63,877 bases of DNA from Heterodontus francisci (taxonomy: Eukaryota). Both the position numbers and the translations under genes were made by a program. The stretch lies in the NCBI RefSeq assembly GCF_036365525.1, contig NW_027142279.1:124001-187877 (forward strand), written 5' to 3'. Below are positions 46,905-59,754 of the stretch, piece by piece; position 1 is the stretch's first letter; every line of letters starts with the position of its first letter. The notes beneath the pieces were generated by a model. The model made no database searches. It saw nothing but the letters and a program-made list of their open reading frames with translations, and had not been told where the DNA came from.

Positions 46905-49158
46905 TAGGGTGGGGAGGGGAGGGATAGATAGAGAGATAGAGGGAGACAGGGAGAGATAGAGAGACAGAGAGAGAGAAAGGCGGAGAAAGAGATACATAGA
47001 GAGAGGAACATAGAGACAAAGACCCACAGAGACAGAGAGAGAGACAGATAGATGGAGATCGAGTAATATAGCGTTTGAAAAACAGAGACAGAGTGAGGCA
47101 GAGAGACAGAGATGGAGTGACTGCGAGAGACTGAGAGAGAGAGATGGAGACAAAGAGAGAGAGACTGAGAGAGAGAAAGGCAGAGAAAGAGACATATATA
47201 GAGAGAAACACAGAGACAGAGACCCACATCGACAGAGAGAGAGACAGATAGACGGAGTTCGAGTAATATAGCGTTTGAAAAAGAGAGACAGAGTGAGGCA
47301 GAGAGACAGAGATGGANNNNNNNNNNNNNNNNNNNNNNNNNNNNNNNNNNNNNNNNNNNNNNNNNNNNNNNNNNNNNNNNNNNNNNNNNNNNNNNNNNNN
47401 NNNNNNNNNNNNNNNNNNNNNNNNNNNNNNNNNNNNNNNNNNNNNAGAGAAAGTAGACAGAGAGAGAAAGTAGACAGAGATAGAGTGAGATAGTATTAGG
47501 CACAGAAAGAGAGACAGAGTGAGGTAATGAGACAGATGGAGAGACAGAGAGAAAGAGAGAGACAGAGACAGTGAGAGGCTGATAGCCAGAGTGAGAAAAA
47601 AGAAGAACGTCAGAGACAGGCAAAGAAAGAGGAGGAAAAGGAGGGAAAGAGTAAAGGGCGGAAGGAAAACATAGAACAATACAAAGAGGCAGAGAGAGAG
47701 AGAGGGACAGAGCGAGAGTGAAAGGAAGAGAGAGAGAGAGAGACAAACAGAGAGACAGAGGGAGGGAGAGACAGAGAAAGACAGTAGACAGAGACCGAGT
47801 GAAATAGTGTTCGGCACAGAAAGGGAGACAGATGAGGTAGTGAGACAGATGGAGAGATAGAGACAAAGAGAGAAACAGAGAGAGAGGCAGACAGAGACAG
47901 TGAGAGAGTGAGAGGCAGAGAGAAGTTAGAATGTCAGAGACAGGCAAAGATACAGAGAGAGAAAGGAGCGAAAGAGTAAAGGAAGGAAGGGAAACCGAGA
48001 ACAAGACAAAGAGACAGAGANNNNNNNNNNNNNNNNNNNNNNNNNNNNNNNNNNNNNNNNNNNNNNNNNNNNNNNNNNNNNNNNNNNNNNNNNNNNNNNN
48101 NNNNNNNNNNNNNNNNNNNNNNNNNNNNNNNNNNNNNNNNNNNNNNNNNNNNNNNNGTAGACAGAGATAGAGTGAGATTGTGTCAGGCTCAGAAAGAGAA
48201 ACAGTTGAGGTAGTGCGACAGATGGAGAGACAGAGAGAAAGAAAGAAACAGAGAGAGAGGCAGACAGAGACAGTGAGAGAGTGAGAGGCAGAGAGAAGTT
48301 AGAAAGTCAGAGACAGGCAACGATAGAGAGAGAGAAAGGAGAGAAAGAGTAAAGGAAGGAAGGGAAACCGAGAACAAGACAAAGAGACAGAGAGAGACAG
48401 GGGCGAAGAGAGAGAAAAGAAAGAGAGAGGGGGGGGGGCAGACAGAGAGACAGAGGGAGAGAGAGACAGAGAGAGAGAGGTAGAGAGAGAGAGAGAGAGA
48501 GATGCAGATAGACAGAGCGAGACAGTAGACAGAGATAGAGTGAGATTGTGTCAGGCACAGAAAGAGAAACCGTTGAGGTAGTGCGACAGATGGAGAGACA
48601 GGGAGAAAGAGAGAGACAGAGACAGTGAGAGGCTGATAGCCAGAGTGAGAAAAAAGAAGAACGTCAGAGACAGGCAAAGAAAGAGGAGGAAAAGGAGGGA
48701 AAGAGTAAAGGGCAGAAGGAAAACATAGAACAAGACAAAGAGGCAGAGAGAGAGAGGGACAGAGCGAGAGTGAAAGGAAGAGAGAGAGAGAGAGACAAAC
48801 AGAGAGACAGAGGGAGGGAGAGACAGAGAAAGACAGTAGACAGAGACCGAGTGAAATAGTGTTAGGCACAGAAAGGGAGACAGATGAGGTAGTGAGACAG
48901 ATGGAGAGATAGAGACAAAGAGAGAAACAGAGAGAGAGGCAGACAGAGACAGTGAGAGAGTGAGAGGCAGAGAGAAGTTAGAATGTCAGAGACAGGCAAA
49001 GATACAGAGAGAGAAAGGAGCGAAAGAGTAAAGGAAGGAAGGGAAACCGAGAACAAGACAAAGAGACAGAGAGAGACAGGGGCGAAGAGAGAGAAAAGAA
49101 AGAGAGGGGGGGGGTCAGACAGAGAGACAGAGAGAGACAGAGAGACAGAAAGAGAGGT

Positions 49159-49189
<31 letters not shown>

Positions 49190-51345
49190 TACAGATAGAC
49201 AGAGAGAGACAGTAGACAGAGATAGAGTGAGATTGTGTCAGGCTCAGAAAGAGAAACAGTTGAGGTAGTGCGACAGATGGACAGACAGAGAGAAAGAAAG
49301 AAACAGAGAGAGAGGCAGACAGAGACAGTGAGAGAGTGAGAGGCAGAGAGAAGTTAGAAAGTCAGAGACAGGCAACGATAGAGAGAGAGAAAGGAGAGAA
49401 AGAGTAAAGGAAGGAAGGGAAACCGAGAACAAGACAAAGAGACAGAGAGAGACGGGAGAAGAGAGAGAAAAGAAAGAGAGAGGGGGGGCAGACAGAGAGA
49501 CAGAGGGAGAGAGAGACAGAGAGAGAGAGGTAGAGAGAGAGAGAGAGAGAGAGATGCAGATAGACAGAGCGAGACAGTAGACAGAGATAGAGTGAGATTG
49601 TGTCAGGCACAGAAAGAAAAACCGTTGAGGTAGTGCGACAGATGGAGAGACAGGGAGAAAGAAAGAAATCGAGAGCGAGGCAGACAGAGACAGTGAGAGA
49701 GTGAGAGGCAGAGAGGAGAAGGAAGAACGTCAGAGACAGGCCGAGATAGAGAGAGAGAAAGGGAGAGAAAGACTAAAGGGAAGGAGGAATACAACAAGAC
49801 AGAGAGTCAGAAAGAGAGATGGGGCAGAGAGAGAGAGAGTGGCAAAGAGTGAGAGGCAGACAGAGAGCGAGCGAGAGAGAGAGACAGAGAGAAAGAGATA
49901 GAGAGAGGCAGAGAGAGAGTGAGAGAGAGGCATAGGGAGAGAGAAAGAGAGACATAGAGAGAGACTGACAGACAGAGAGAGAGGCAGACAGAGAGACAAA
50001 GGGAGAGAGAGAGACAGAGAGACAGAGGGAGGGAGAGACAGCGAGAGAGAGACAGATAGACGGAGAGAGACAGAGATACAGAGAGAGGGAGAGGCGGAGA
50101 GAGGGGCAGACAGAGACAGTGAGAGTCTAAGAGGCAGAGAGGGGAAAAAAGAACGTCAGAGACAGGCAAAGATAGAGTGAGAGAAAGGGAGAGAAAGAGT
50201 AAAGGGAGGAAGGATACAGAGAACAAGACAAAGAGGCAGAGAGAGTCAGAGAGAGAGAGACAGGGAGAGACAGAGAGAGAGACCGAGAGAGACAGCAGAC
50301 AGAGATCGAGTGAAATAGCGTGAGGCCGAGAAAGAGAGACAAAGGGAGAGAGAGAGAGACAGAGAGACAGAGGGAGGGAGAGACAGCGAGAGAGAGAGAC
50401 AGATAGACGGAGAGAGACAGAGATACAGAGAGAGGGAGAGGTGGAGAGAGGGGCAGACAGAGACAGTGAGAGTCTAAGAGGCAGAGAGGAGAAAAAAGAA
50501 CGTCAGAGACAGGCAAAGATAGAGTGAGAGAAAGGGAGTGAAAGAGTAAAGGGAGGAAGGATACAGAGAACAAGACAAAGAGCCAGAGAGAGTCAGAGAG
50601 AGAGAGACAGGGAGAGACAGAGAGAGAGACCGAGAGAGACAGCAGACAGAGATCGAGTGAAATAGCGTGAGGCCGAGAAAGAGAGACGGAGTGAGGTAGT
50701 GAGACGGATGGAGAGACAGAGCGAAAGAGAGAGACAGAGAGAGAGGCAGACAGAGACAGTGAGAGAGTGAGAGGCAGAGAGAAGAAAGAAGAACGTCAGA
50801 GACAGGCAAAGATAGAGAGAGAGAGAAAGGGAGAGAAGGAGTAAAGGTAAACAGAGAACAAGACAAAGAAGCAGAGGGAGAGACAGGGACAGAGAGAGAG
50901 AGAGAGGCCGACAGAGAGATGGAGAGGGAGAAAGAGAGACAGGCAAACAGAGAGACAGAGGGAGAAACAGACAGACAGCCAGACAGAGAGAGACAGACAG
51001 ACAGACAGACAGTCAGAGACAGATAGACAGAGATATAGTGTGATAGTTTTAGACACAGAAAGAGAGACAGAGTGAAATAGCGAGACAGAGATGGAGAGAC
51101 TGGGAGAGACAGAAAGAGACAAAGAGAGGCAGAGAACGAGAGACAGTGAGAGATGTGATGCTGAGAGAGAAAAGGAAGAACATCAGAGACAGGCAAAGAT
51201 AGAGAGAGAGAAAGGGAGAAAATGAATAAATGGAAGAAGCAAAACAGAGATCAAGACAAAGAGATTGAGAGACACAGAGAGAGAGAGAGAAAGACAGACA
51301 GAGACAGGAATGGAGTCACAGAGAGAGAAAGACTTGTCGAGAGAC
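46905..51345 (+). repeat. GA-rich degenerate simple-sequence tract with internal block duplications and gaps
   Basis: (GA)n and (GACA)n composition; blocks such as 47540-48020 recur at 48620-49070. Confidence 0.9.
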
Positions 51346-51546
51346 TTATACAGGGAGAAGAAGATTAGAATATGGAGGAGAGAAAGTGTTTATGGAAACA
51401 GGAGACTTCCAATGGGATAATAACTCGGAAAAGGGAAGGACACGTGATTAATAGGGAAATTTGAAGTGAGAGATAAAGGGACAGAAAAATGAGAGAGAGA
51501 GAGAGAGGGGGGGAGAGGTTTTATTGAACTGCTTTGTAACATCGTG

Positions 51547-51560
51547 GGAGGTCAGTATAG
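51547..51560 (+). other. TRBD: D segment GGAGGTCAGTATAG flanked by a 5' 12-type RSS and a 3' 23-RSS
   Basis: 5' heptamer CATCGTG 51540-51546 with a degenerate nonamer (TTTTATTGA at 12 nt or GGTTTTATT at 14 nt); 3' CACCGTG 51561-51567 - 23 nt - GCAAGAACT 51591-51599. Confidence 0.8.
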
Positions 51561-51829
51561 CACCGTGTTACATTCCTGTGCTCACCCCGTGCAAGAACTC
51601 CACCGTCCTCTTGCCCTTCTCACAGGCTGCCCGACTGCCTGCCCCAGTGCCCAGGAAATCCCCACCCCTGCAGCAAGGTACCTCCACTGTCAGGACAGGC
51701 AGGAGCAGACTGAATCCTGAGTTGACCATCTCATGGGGCACATGCCCCCTGAAGAGATAGCAAACTGCCCAGGCAAGGCGAGAGGCTTGCTGGGGGAGGG
51801 GGGTTTCAATGGTGGGTTCACTCTCTGTG

Positions 51830-51878
51830 GTGAACGATCCAGCTACCTTCGGAGGTAGGACCCGACTCACCGTACTGG
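51830..51878 (+). other. TRBJ: J segment 1 (VNDPATFGGRTRLTVL), FGxG motif altered
   Basis: GGTTTCAAT (51802-51810) - 12 nt - CTCTGTG (51823-51829); phase-1 donor GTAAGT at 51879. Confidence 0.88.
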
Positions 51879-52029
51879 GTAAGTAATGCTCGAGTCCAGG
51901 TGCTGGAGGTTGAGTTGGGGGGCAAAAGGAGCCGGTACGCACAATAACATCTCTGAGTTTACCGTGTCTGACCAGATGGAATCTTATTATTGTGTTGGAA
52001 GAGGCCATTTGATCATTGTGTCTCTTTGG

Positions 52030-52271
52030 TGCAGAGAGGGGGAAATAAACAGAAAAGGAAATAAGCAGAGAAAAATGTGAGATAGAAAAAATTGCGAGAA
52101 AAAAATGGAACCAGAGAGAGAGAAAGATGCAGAAAGAGAGGGAAAGAAACAGAGAGAGAGGGAAAGGAGCACAGAGAGAGTGATGACACAGAGATAGATG
52201 GAAAGAAACAGAGAGAAAGAGAGAGGGAAGAGAGAGAGAGAGAGAAAGAAACGGAGAGAGAAAATAAACAG

Positions 52272-52307
<36 letters not shown>

Positions 52308-53120
52308 CAGGCAGTAGAGAGGCAGACAGAAAGCCAGTGAGATAAACACAGAGAGAGAATCACACATTGAGAGAGAAACACTCCGAGAGAGAATGAGAGG
52401 CAGAGAGAGAGAATTTTTTTCAGAAAGAGAGAGAGAGTGATTTCGAGAGAGGGGGAGATATTCAGAGAGAGAGAGAGGCAGAGAGAGAGAGAGGGTGTGG
52501 GAGTGATTCAGAGGGAAGGGGTGTGTTTCAGAGAGATAGAGAGAGAGACTTAGAGAGAGAGAGCAATTCAGAGAGAGAGAGGCAGAGTGAAAGAGAGTGG
52601 GAGCGATTCAGAGGGTGGGGGGTGTTTCAGAGAGGGAGAGAGATTTAGAGAGAGAGAGAGAGAGAGCAATTCAGAGAGAGAGAGGCAGAAAGAGAGAGAG
52701 TGGGGGCGATTCAGAGTGGGGGGGTGTTTCAGACAGAGAGAGAGAGAGATTTAGAGAGAGAGAGAGAGCAATTCAGAGAGAGCGGGAGAGATTCAGGGAG
52801 AGAGGGAGAGAACCCAAGAGAGACAGAGATTTACAGAGATTGAGAGACTAAAGGAGAGAGAGATTCAGGCAGAGAGAGGGCGAGAGATTCAGTCAGAGAG
52901 AGAGCAATTCAGAGAGAGAGGGAGAGATTCAGGGAGAGAGGGAGAGAACCCAAGAGAGAGAGGGGGAGAGATTCAGAGAGAGAGAGTGGGACCGATTCAG
53001 AGAGAGAGGGAGAGATTCAGGGAGAGAGGGAGAGAATCAGCGAGGGAGAGATTTATCGAGATTGAGAGAGAAAAGGAGAGAGAGATTCAGGTAGAGAGAG
53101 ATTCAGTCAGAGAGAGCAAT
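52030..53120 (+). repeat. GA-rich simple-sequence tract
   Basis: (GA)n and gattcagagagagag repeats. Confidence 0.85.
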
Positions 53121-53855
53121 ACAGTTCTGGACCATTGACCATGGTGCCCGGGTTGGCTCTTTTCTACAGCTGTCTGATTGATCCCAGTTCCCTCCCACCC
53201 TATCGCTATAGACCTGCAATTCCTCCCTTCAGCTGTTGACCCAATTCTCTTTGTAATACTGTGAGTCAATCCCACCGCCCTTTCAGGCAGTGCATTCCAC
53301 ATCACAACAGCTCACTGCTTTGTGTCACGGGAAACAGTTTTGCATCATTTCCTCTGTCAAAACGATGACCGATTGCAAACGTCTCTGCTAATTCTCCCCT
53401 GAACTTTCTCTTCAGGAGAACAATCCCAGCTCCTCCAGTCTCTCCACATTAACTGAAGTCTCTCATCCTTGGTGTCATCTTGTGTGAACTCACTTTATTT
53501 CTCTTTCGTTCACAGTTTCTGCCACTAAGTTCCTCATCCTCATTATTTCTTATCCTTATCTCTCTCTCTACTTGCCCTCTTCCCTTTCCCTGTTGTTTGT
53601 CTCTGCTTGCCCCCTCTCTCCTTGCCATCCTTCGTTTGTGTTCAATCAACTACCTCTCCCTCGCTTTCCTACACACTCCTGTTCTAAGTCTCCTTTTCTC
53701 TCAGTCCTGGTGGTAGTGTTGCCCTGGATGATCGGCTTGCAGCTCTGGACTGGGACTCGGGCAATGAGAGTCAGAGAGGGTTCTGTCTCAGAGGCGGCTC
53801 ATAACTGACAGAGTAATGGTTTAAAGGCCTTTTGCGTGAGCAATGTGGTGGCGTG

Positions 53856-53913
53856 AATACGGGAAATTATAACCACGTGTACTTTGGAAACGGAAGTGGA
53901 TTAACAGTGTAAG
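53856..53913 (+). pseudogene. TRBJ: J segment 2 pseudogene (NTGNYNHVYFGNGSGLTV*)
   Basis: FGNG motif; TAA at 53910-53912; donor position reads ATCAGT; degenerate RSS gccttttgc...tggcgtg (53827-53855). Confidence 0.75.
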
Positions 53914-53939
53914 ATCAGTGCAAAATGCAACCCCACGCG

Positions 53940-56900
53940 AACCCTCCCTATCTCTGTAACCTCCTCCAGCCCCTACAACCCTCTCTATCTCTGTAACCTC
54001 CTCCAGCCCCTACAACCCTCCCTATCTCTGTAACCTCCTCCATCCCCTACAACCCTCCCTATCTCTGTAACCTCCTCCAGCCCCTACAACCCTCCCTATC
54101 TCTGTAACATCCTCCAGCCCCAACACCCATCCCTACCTCTGCAACCTCCTCCAGCCCCTACCACCCTCCATTTCTCTGTAACCTCCTTCAGCCCCGACAC
54201 CCCTCCCTATCTCTGTAACCTCCACCAGTCCCTACAACCCTCCCTATCTCAGTAACCTCCTCCAGCCCCGACAGCTCTCCTGATCTCAGTAACCTCCCCC
54301 AGCTCCTACACACCTCCCTATCTCTGCAACCTCCTCCAGCCCCTACAACACTCCCTATCTCTGCAACATCCTCCAGCCCTTGCACCCCTCCATAACTCTG
54401 TAACATCCTGTAGCCCCGACAGCTCTCCCTATCTCATTTACCTCCTCCAGCCCCTACACTCATCCCTAACTCTGTTACCTCCTCCAGCCCCTACAACACT
54501 TCCTACCTCTGTAACCTCCACCAGCCCCTGCAACCCTCCCCATCTATGTAACCTCCTTCAGCCATTAAAACCCACCCTATCGCTGTAACCTCCTCTAGCT
54601 CCTACACCCATCCCTAACTCTGTTATCTCCTCCAGCCCCTACAGCTCTCCCTATCTCTGTTACCTCCTCTAGCCCCTACACCCGTCCCTATCTCTGTAAC
54701 CTCCTTCAGCCACTGGACCCCTCCCCATCTCTGTAACCTGCTTTAGCTCCGACAGCTCTCTCTATCTCTGTTACCAGCTCCAGACCCTTCAACCCTCCCT
54801 ATCTCTGTAACCTCCACCAGTCCCTACAACCCTCCCTATCTCAGTAACCTCCTCCAGCCCCGACAGCTCTCCTGATCTCTGTAACCTCCTCCAGCTTCTA
54901 CACACCTCCCTATCTCTGCAACCTCCTCCAGCCCCGACAACACTCCCTATATCTGCAACATCCTCCAGCCCTTGCACCCCTCCATAACTCTGTAACATCC
55001 TGTAGCCCCGACAGCTCTCCCTATCTCATTTACCTCCTCCAGCCCCTACACTCATCCCGAACTCTGTTACCTCCTCCAGCCCCTACAACACTCCCTATAT
55101 CTGCAACATCCTCCAGCCCTTGCACCCCTCCATAACTCTGTAACATCCTGTAGCCCCGACAGCTCTCCCTATCTCATTTACCTCCTCCAGCCCCTACACC
55201 CATCCCTAACTCTGTTACCTCCTCCAGCCCCTACAACACTTCCTACCTCTGTAACCTCCACCAGCCCCTACAACCCTGCCCATCTATGTAACCTCCTTCA
55301 GCCATTACAACCCACCCTATCGCTGTAACCTCCTCTAGCTCCTACACCCATCTCTAACTCTGTTATCTCCTCCAGCCCCTACAGCTCTCCCTATCTCTGT
55401 TACCTCCTCTAGCCCCTACACCCGTCCCTATCTCTGTAACCTCCTTCAGCCACTGGACCCCTCCCCATCTCTGTAACCTGCTTTAGATCCTACAGCTCTC
55501 TCTATCTCTGTTACCAGCTCCAGACCCTTCAACCCTCCCTATCTCTGTAACCTCCACCAGTCCCTACAACCCTCCCTATCTCAGTAACCTCCTCCAGCCC
55601 CGACAGCTCTCCTGATCTCTGTAACCTCCTCCAGCTTCTACACACCTCCCTATCTCTGCAACCTCCTCCAGCCCCGACAACACTCCCTATATCTGCAACA
55701 TCCTCCAGCCCTTGCACCCCTCCATAACTCTGTAACATCCTGTAGCCCCGACAGCTCTCCCTATCTCATTTACCTCCTCCAGCCCCTACACTCATCCCTA
55801 ACTCTGTTACCTCCTCCAGCCCCTGCAACACTCCCTATATCTGCAACATCCTCCAGCCCTTGCACCCCTCCATAACTCTGTAACATCCTGTAGCCCCGAC
55901 AGCTCTCCCTATCTCATTTACCTCCTCCAGCCCCTACACCCATCCCTAACTCTGTTACCTCCTCCAGCCCCTACAACACTTCCTACCTCTGTAACCTCCA
56001 CCAGCCCCTACAACCCTCCCCATCTATGTAACCTCCTTCAGCCATTACAACCCACCCTATCGCTGTAACCTCCTCTAGCTCCTACACCCATCCCTAACTC
56101 TGTTATCTCCTCCAGCCCCTACAGCTCTCCCTATCTCTGTTACCTCCTCTAGCCCCTACACCCGTCCCTATCACTGTAAACTCCTTCAGCCGCTAGACCC
56201 CTCCCCATCTCTGTAACCTGCTTTAGCTCCTGCAGACCTCCCTTTCTCTGTTACCTCCCCCAACCCCTACAGCTCTCTCTATCTCTGTTACCAGCTCCAG
56301 ACCCTTCAACCCTCCCTATCTCTGTAATCTCCTCCAGTGCCTACAACCCTCCATATCTCTGTTACCTCCTCCAGCCCCTACAACCCTCCCTAACTCTGTA
56401 ACCTCCTCCAGCCGCTAGACCCCTCCCTATATCTGTAAACTCTACCAGCCTCTACAACCCTCCCTATCTCTGTTACCTCCCCCAGCCCCTCCAGCCCTCC
56501 CTATCTCTGTAACCACCTCCAGCCTCTACACCCCTCCCTATCCCTGTAACCTCTTCCTAGTCCCTAAAACCCTCCCTATCTCAGTAACCTCCTCCAGCCT
56601 CTACACCCATCCCTATCTCTGTAATCTCTTCCAGCCCCTGCAACCCTCCCTATCTCTGTAACCTCTTCCAGCTCCGACAACACTCCCTATCTCTGTTATC
56701 TCCTCCAGGCCCTGCACCCATCCCTATCTCTGTAACGTCTTCCAGCCCCTACAACCCACCCTATCACTGTTACCTCCTCCAGCCCCTACAGCACTCCCTA
56801 ACTCTGTAACCTCTTCCTGCCCCTAAACCCCTCCCTATATCTGTAAACTCTACCAGCCCCTACAAGACTCCCTATCTCTGTTACCTCCTCCAGCCACTAC

Positions 56901-59492
56901 AGCACTCCCTTTCTCTATTACCTCCTCCAGTCACTACAACCCTCCCTATCTCTGTAACCTCCTCCAGCCACTACAACCCTCCCTATCTCTTTAACCTCCT
57001 CCAACCCCTACACCCCACCCTATCTCTGTAACCTCCTCCAGCCCCTGCAACCCTCCCTATCTCTGTAACCTCTTCCAGCTCCGACAACACTCCCTATCAC
57101 TGTTATCTCCTCCAGGCCCTGCACCCATCCCTATCTCTGTAACGTCTTCCAGCCCCTACAACCCTCCCTATTACTGTTACCTCCTCCAGCCCCTACAGCA
57201 CTCCCTAACTCTGTAACCTCATCCTGCCCCTAAAGCCCTCCCTATACCTGTTAGCTCTACCAGCCCCTACAAGACTCCCTATCTCTGTTACCTCCTCCAG
57301 CCCCAACAGCACTCCCTATCTCTATTACCTCCTCCAGCCACGACAGCCCTCCCTATCTCTGTAACCTCCTCCAGCCACTACAACCCTCCCTATCTCTGTA
57401 ACCTCCTCCAGCCCCTGCACCCCACCCTATCTCTGTAACTTCCTCCAGCCCCTACAACCCTCCCTAACTCTGTAACCTCATCCTGCCCCTAAATCCCTCC
57501 CTATATCTGTAAACTCTACCAGCCCCTACAAGACTCCCTATCTCTGTAACCTCCTCCAGCCACTACAACCCTCCCTATCTCTGTAACCTCCTCCAACCAC
57601 TACACCCCACCCTATCTCTGTAACCTCCTCCAGCCCCTCCAACCTTCCCTTTCTCTGTTACCTCCTCCAGCCCCTAAAGCCCTCCCTATACCTGTAAACT
57701 CTACCAGCCCCTACAGCCCTCCCTATCTCTGTTACCTCCTCCAGCCCCCACAGCACTCCCTATCTCTATTACCTCCTCCAGCCACGACAGCCCTCCCTAT
57801 CTCTGTAACCTCCTCCAGCCACTACAACCCTCCCTATCTCTGTAACCTCCTCCAGCCCCTGCACCCCACCCTATCTCTGTAACTTCCTCCAGCCCCTACA
57901 ACCCTCCCTAACTCTGTAACCTCCTCCAGCCCCGACAACCCTCCCTATCTCTGTAACCTCCTCCAGCCCCTAAACCCCTCCCTATATCTGTAAACTCTAC
58001 CAGCCCCTACAGCCCTCCGTATCTCTGTTACCTCCCCCAGCCCCTACAGCTCTCCCTATCTCTGATAACTCTACCAGCCCCAACAACCCTCCCTAACTCT
58101 ATAGCCTCCTCCAGCCTCTACAACCCACCCTATCTCTGAAACCTCTTGCAACCCTGATAACCCTCCCTATCTCTGTAACCTCTTCCAACCTCGATTCCCC
58201 TTGCTATCTCTGTAACATCTTCCAGCCGCTACAACCCTCCCTATCTCTGTTACCACCTCCAGCCCCTACAGCCCTCCCTATCACTGTAAACTCCAGCCTC
58301 CACACTCCTCCCTATCCCTGTAACCTCTTCCTAGTCCCTAAAACCCGTCCTATCTCAGTAACATCCTCCAGCCTCTACACCCACCCCTATCTCTGTAATC
58401 TCTTCCAGCCCCTACAACCCTCCCTATCTCTGTAACCTCCTCCATCCCCTAAAGCCCCCTATCTCTGTAACCTCTTCCAGCCCCGACACCACTCCCTATC
58501 TCTGTTATCTCCTCCAGCCCCTGCACCCCTCCCTATCTCTGTAACGTCTTCCAGCCCCTACAAACCTCCCTATCTCTGTTACCTCCTCCAGTCCCTAACG
58601 CACTCCCTATCTCTATTACCTCCTCCAGCCACTACACCCCACCCCATCTCTGTAACTTCCTCCAGCCCCTACAACCCTCCCAAACTCTGTAACCTCCTCC
58701 AGCCCCTACAATCCTCCCTATCTCTGTTACCTCCTCCAGCCCCTAATCCCCTCCCTATATCTGTAAACTCTACCAGCCCCTACAACACTCCCTATCTCTG
58801 TTACCTCCTCCAGCCCCATCAGCACTCCCTATCTCTATTACTTCCTCCAGTCACTACAACCCTCCCTGTCTCTGTAACCTCCTCCAGCCACCACAACCCT
58901 CCCTATCTCTGTAACCTCCTCCAGCCCCTACAACCCTCCCTATCTCTGTTACCTCCCCCAGTCCCTACAGCTCTCCCTAGCTCTGTAACTCAACCAGCCC
59001 CTACAACCCTCCCTATCTCTGTAACCTCTTTAGCCCCTGCAACCCTCAGTGGCTCAGTGGCGAGCACCGCAGCCTCACAGCTCCAGCGACCCGGGTTCAA
59101 TGCTGGGTACTGCCTGTGTGGAGTTTGCAATTTCTCTCTGTGTCCATTTGGGTTTCCTCCGGGTGCTCTGGTTTCCTGCCACGTGCCAAAGACTTGCAGG
59201 GTGATAAGTAAATTGGCCATTATGTATTGCCCCTAGTATAGGTAGGTGCAGGTGGGGATGTGGTAGGAATATGGAATTAGTGTAGGGTTAGTATAAATGG
59301 GTGGTTGATGGTCGGCACAGATTCGGTGGGCCGAAGGGCCTGTTTCAGTGCTGTATAACTAAATTGAATCCTCCCTATTTCTGTTACATCCTCCAGCCTC
59401 TACAACCCTCCCTATCTCTGTAACCCCCTCCAGCCCCTGCAACACTCCTTATCTCTGTAACCTCTTCCAGCCCCGATAACCCTCCCTATCTC
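53940..59492 (-). repeat. 5.5-kb 37-bp minisatellite in the J-C intron, with a 740-bp higher-order duplication
   Basis: Reverse complement of the 5120-6098 unit; identical blocks start at 54789 and 55529. Confidence 0.92.
59047..59365 (+). mobile_element. HE1/V-SINE inserted in the minisatellite
   Basis: tRNA-like head (ggctcagtgg...gggttcaa), V-domain gtgtggagtttgca...gggtttcctccgggtgctc, and CR1-shared tail gggccgaagggcctgtttcagtgctgta. Confidence 0.85.
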
Positions 59493-59754
59493 TGTTCTGT
59501 TATCACATCCTTTATAATAGTCTCCAGCATTTTCCCCACTACTGATGTAAGGCTAACTGGTCTGTAATTCCCTGTTTTTTCCCCTCCCTCCTTTCTTTTA
59601 CAGAGTCTACAACAAACTGTCGAAGTTGTGGTGAAGGAGAATGAACGCTGGGGTAAACACACGCCCCACCCCTCGCCACAACCCCCCCCCCCACCCCACC
59701 CCACCCCGCTTCCATCCCCACCGTTCCTAACACTCATGTTTTGCTCTCCCACAG

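Noticed and set aside
51685-51712. cactgtc-AGGACAGGCAGG, resembling canonical TRBD
   Set aside because: No valid heptamer on either side and no nonamer at 12 or 23 nt.
51960-52030. Possible decayed J (taccgtg then SDQMESYYCVGRGHLIIV)
   Set aside because: No FGxG, no convincing nonamer and no donor; an ancient relic cannot be excluded.
53940-59492. Ig switch-region-like repeat in the J-C intron
   Set aside because: The G-rich strand is the template strand, the unit is L2-derived and it also occurs at 5 kb outside any J-C context.
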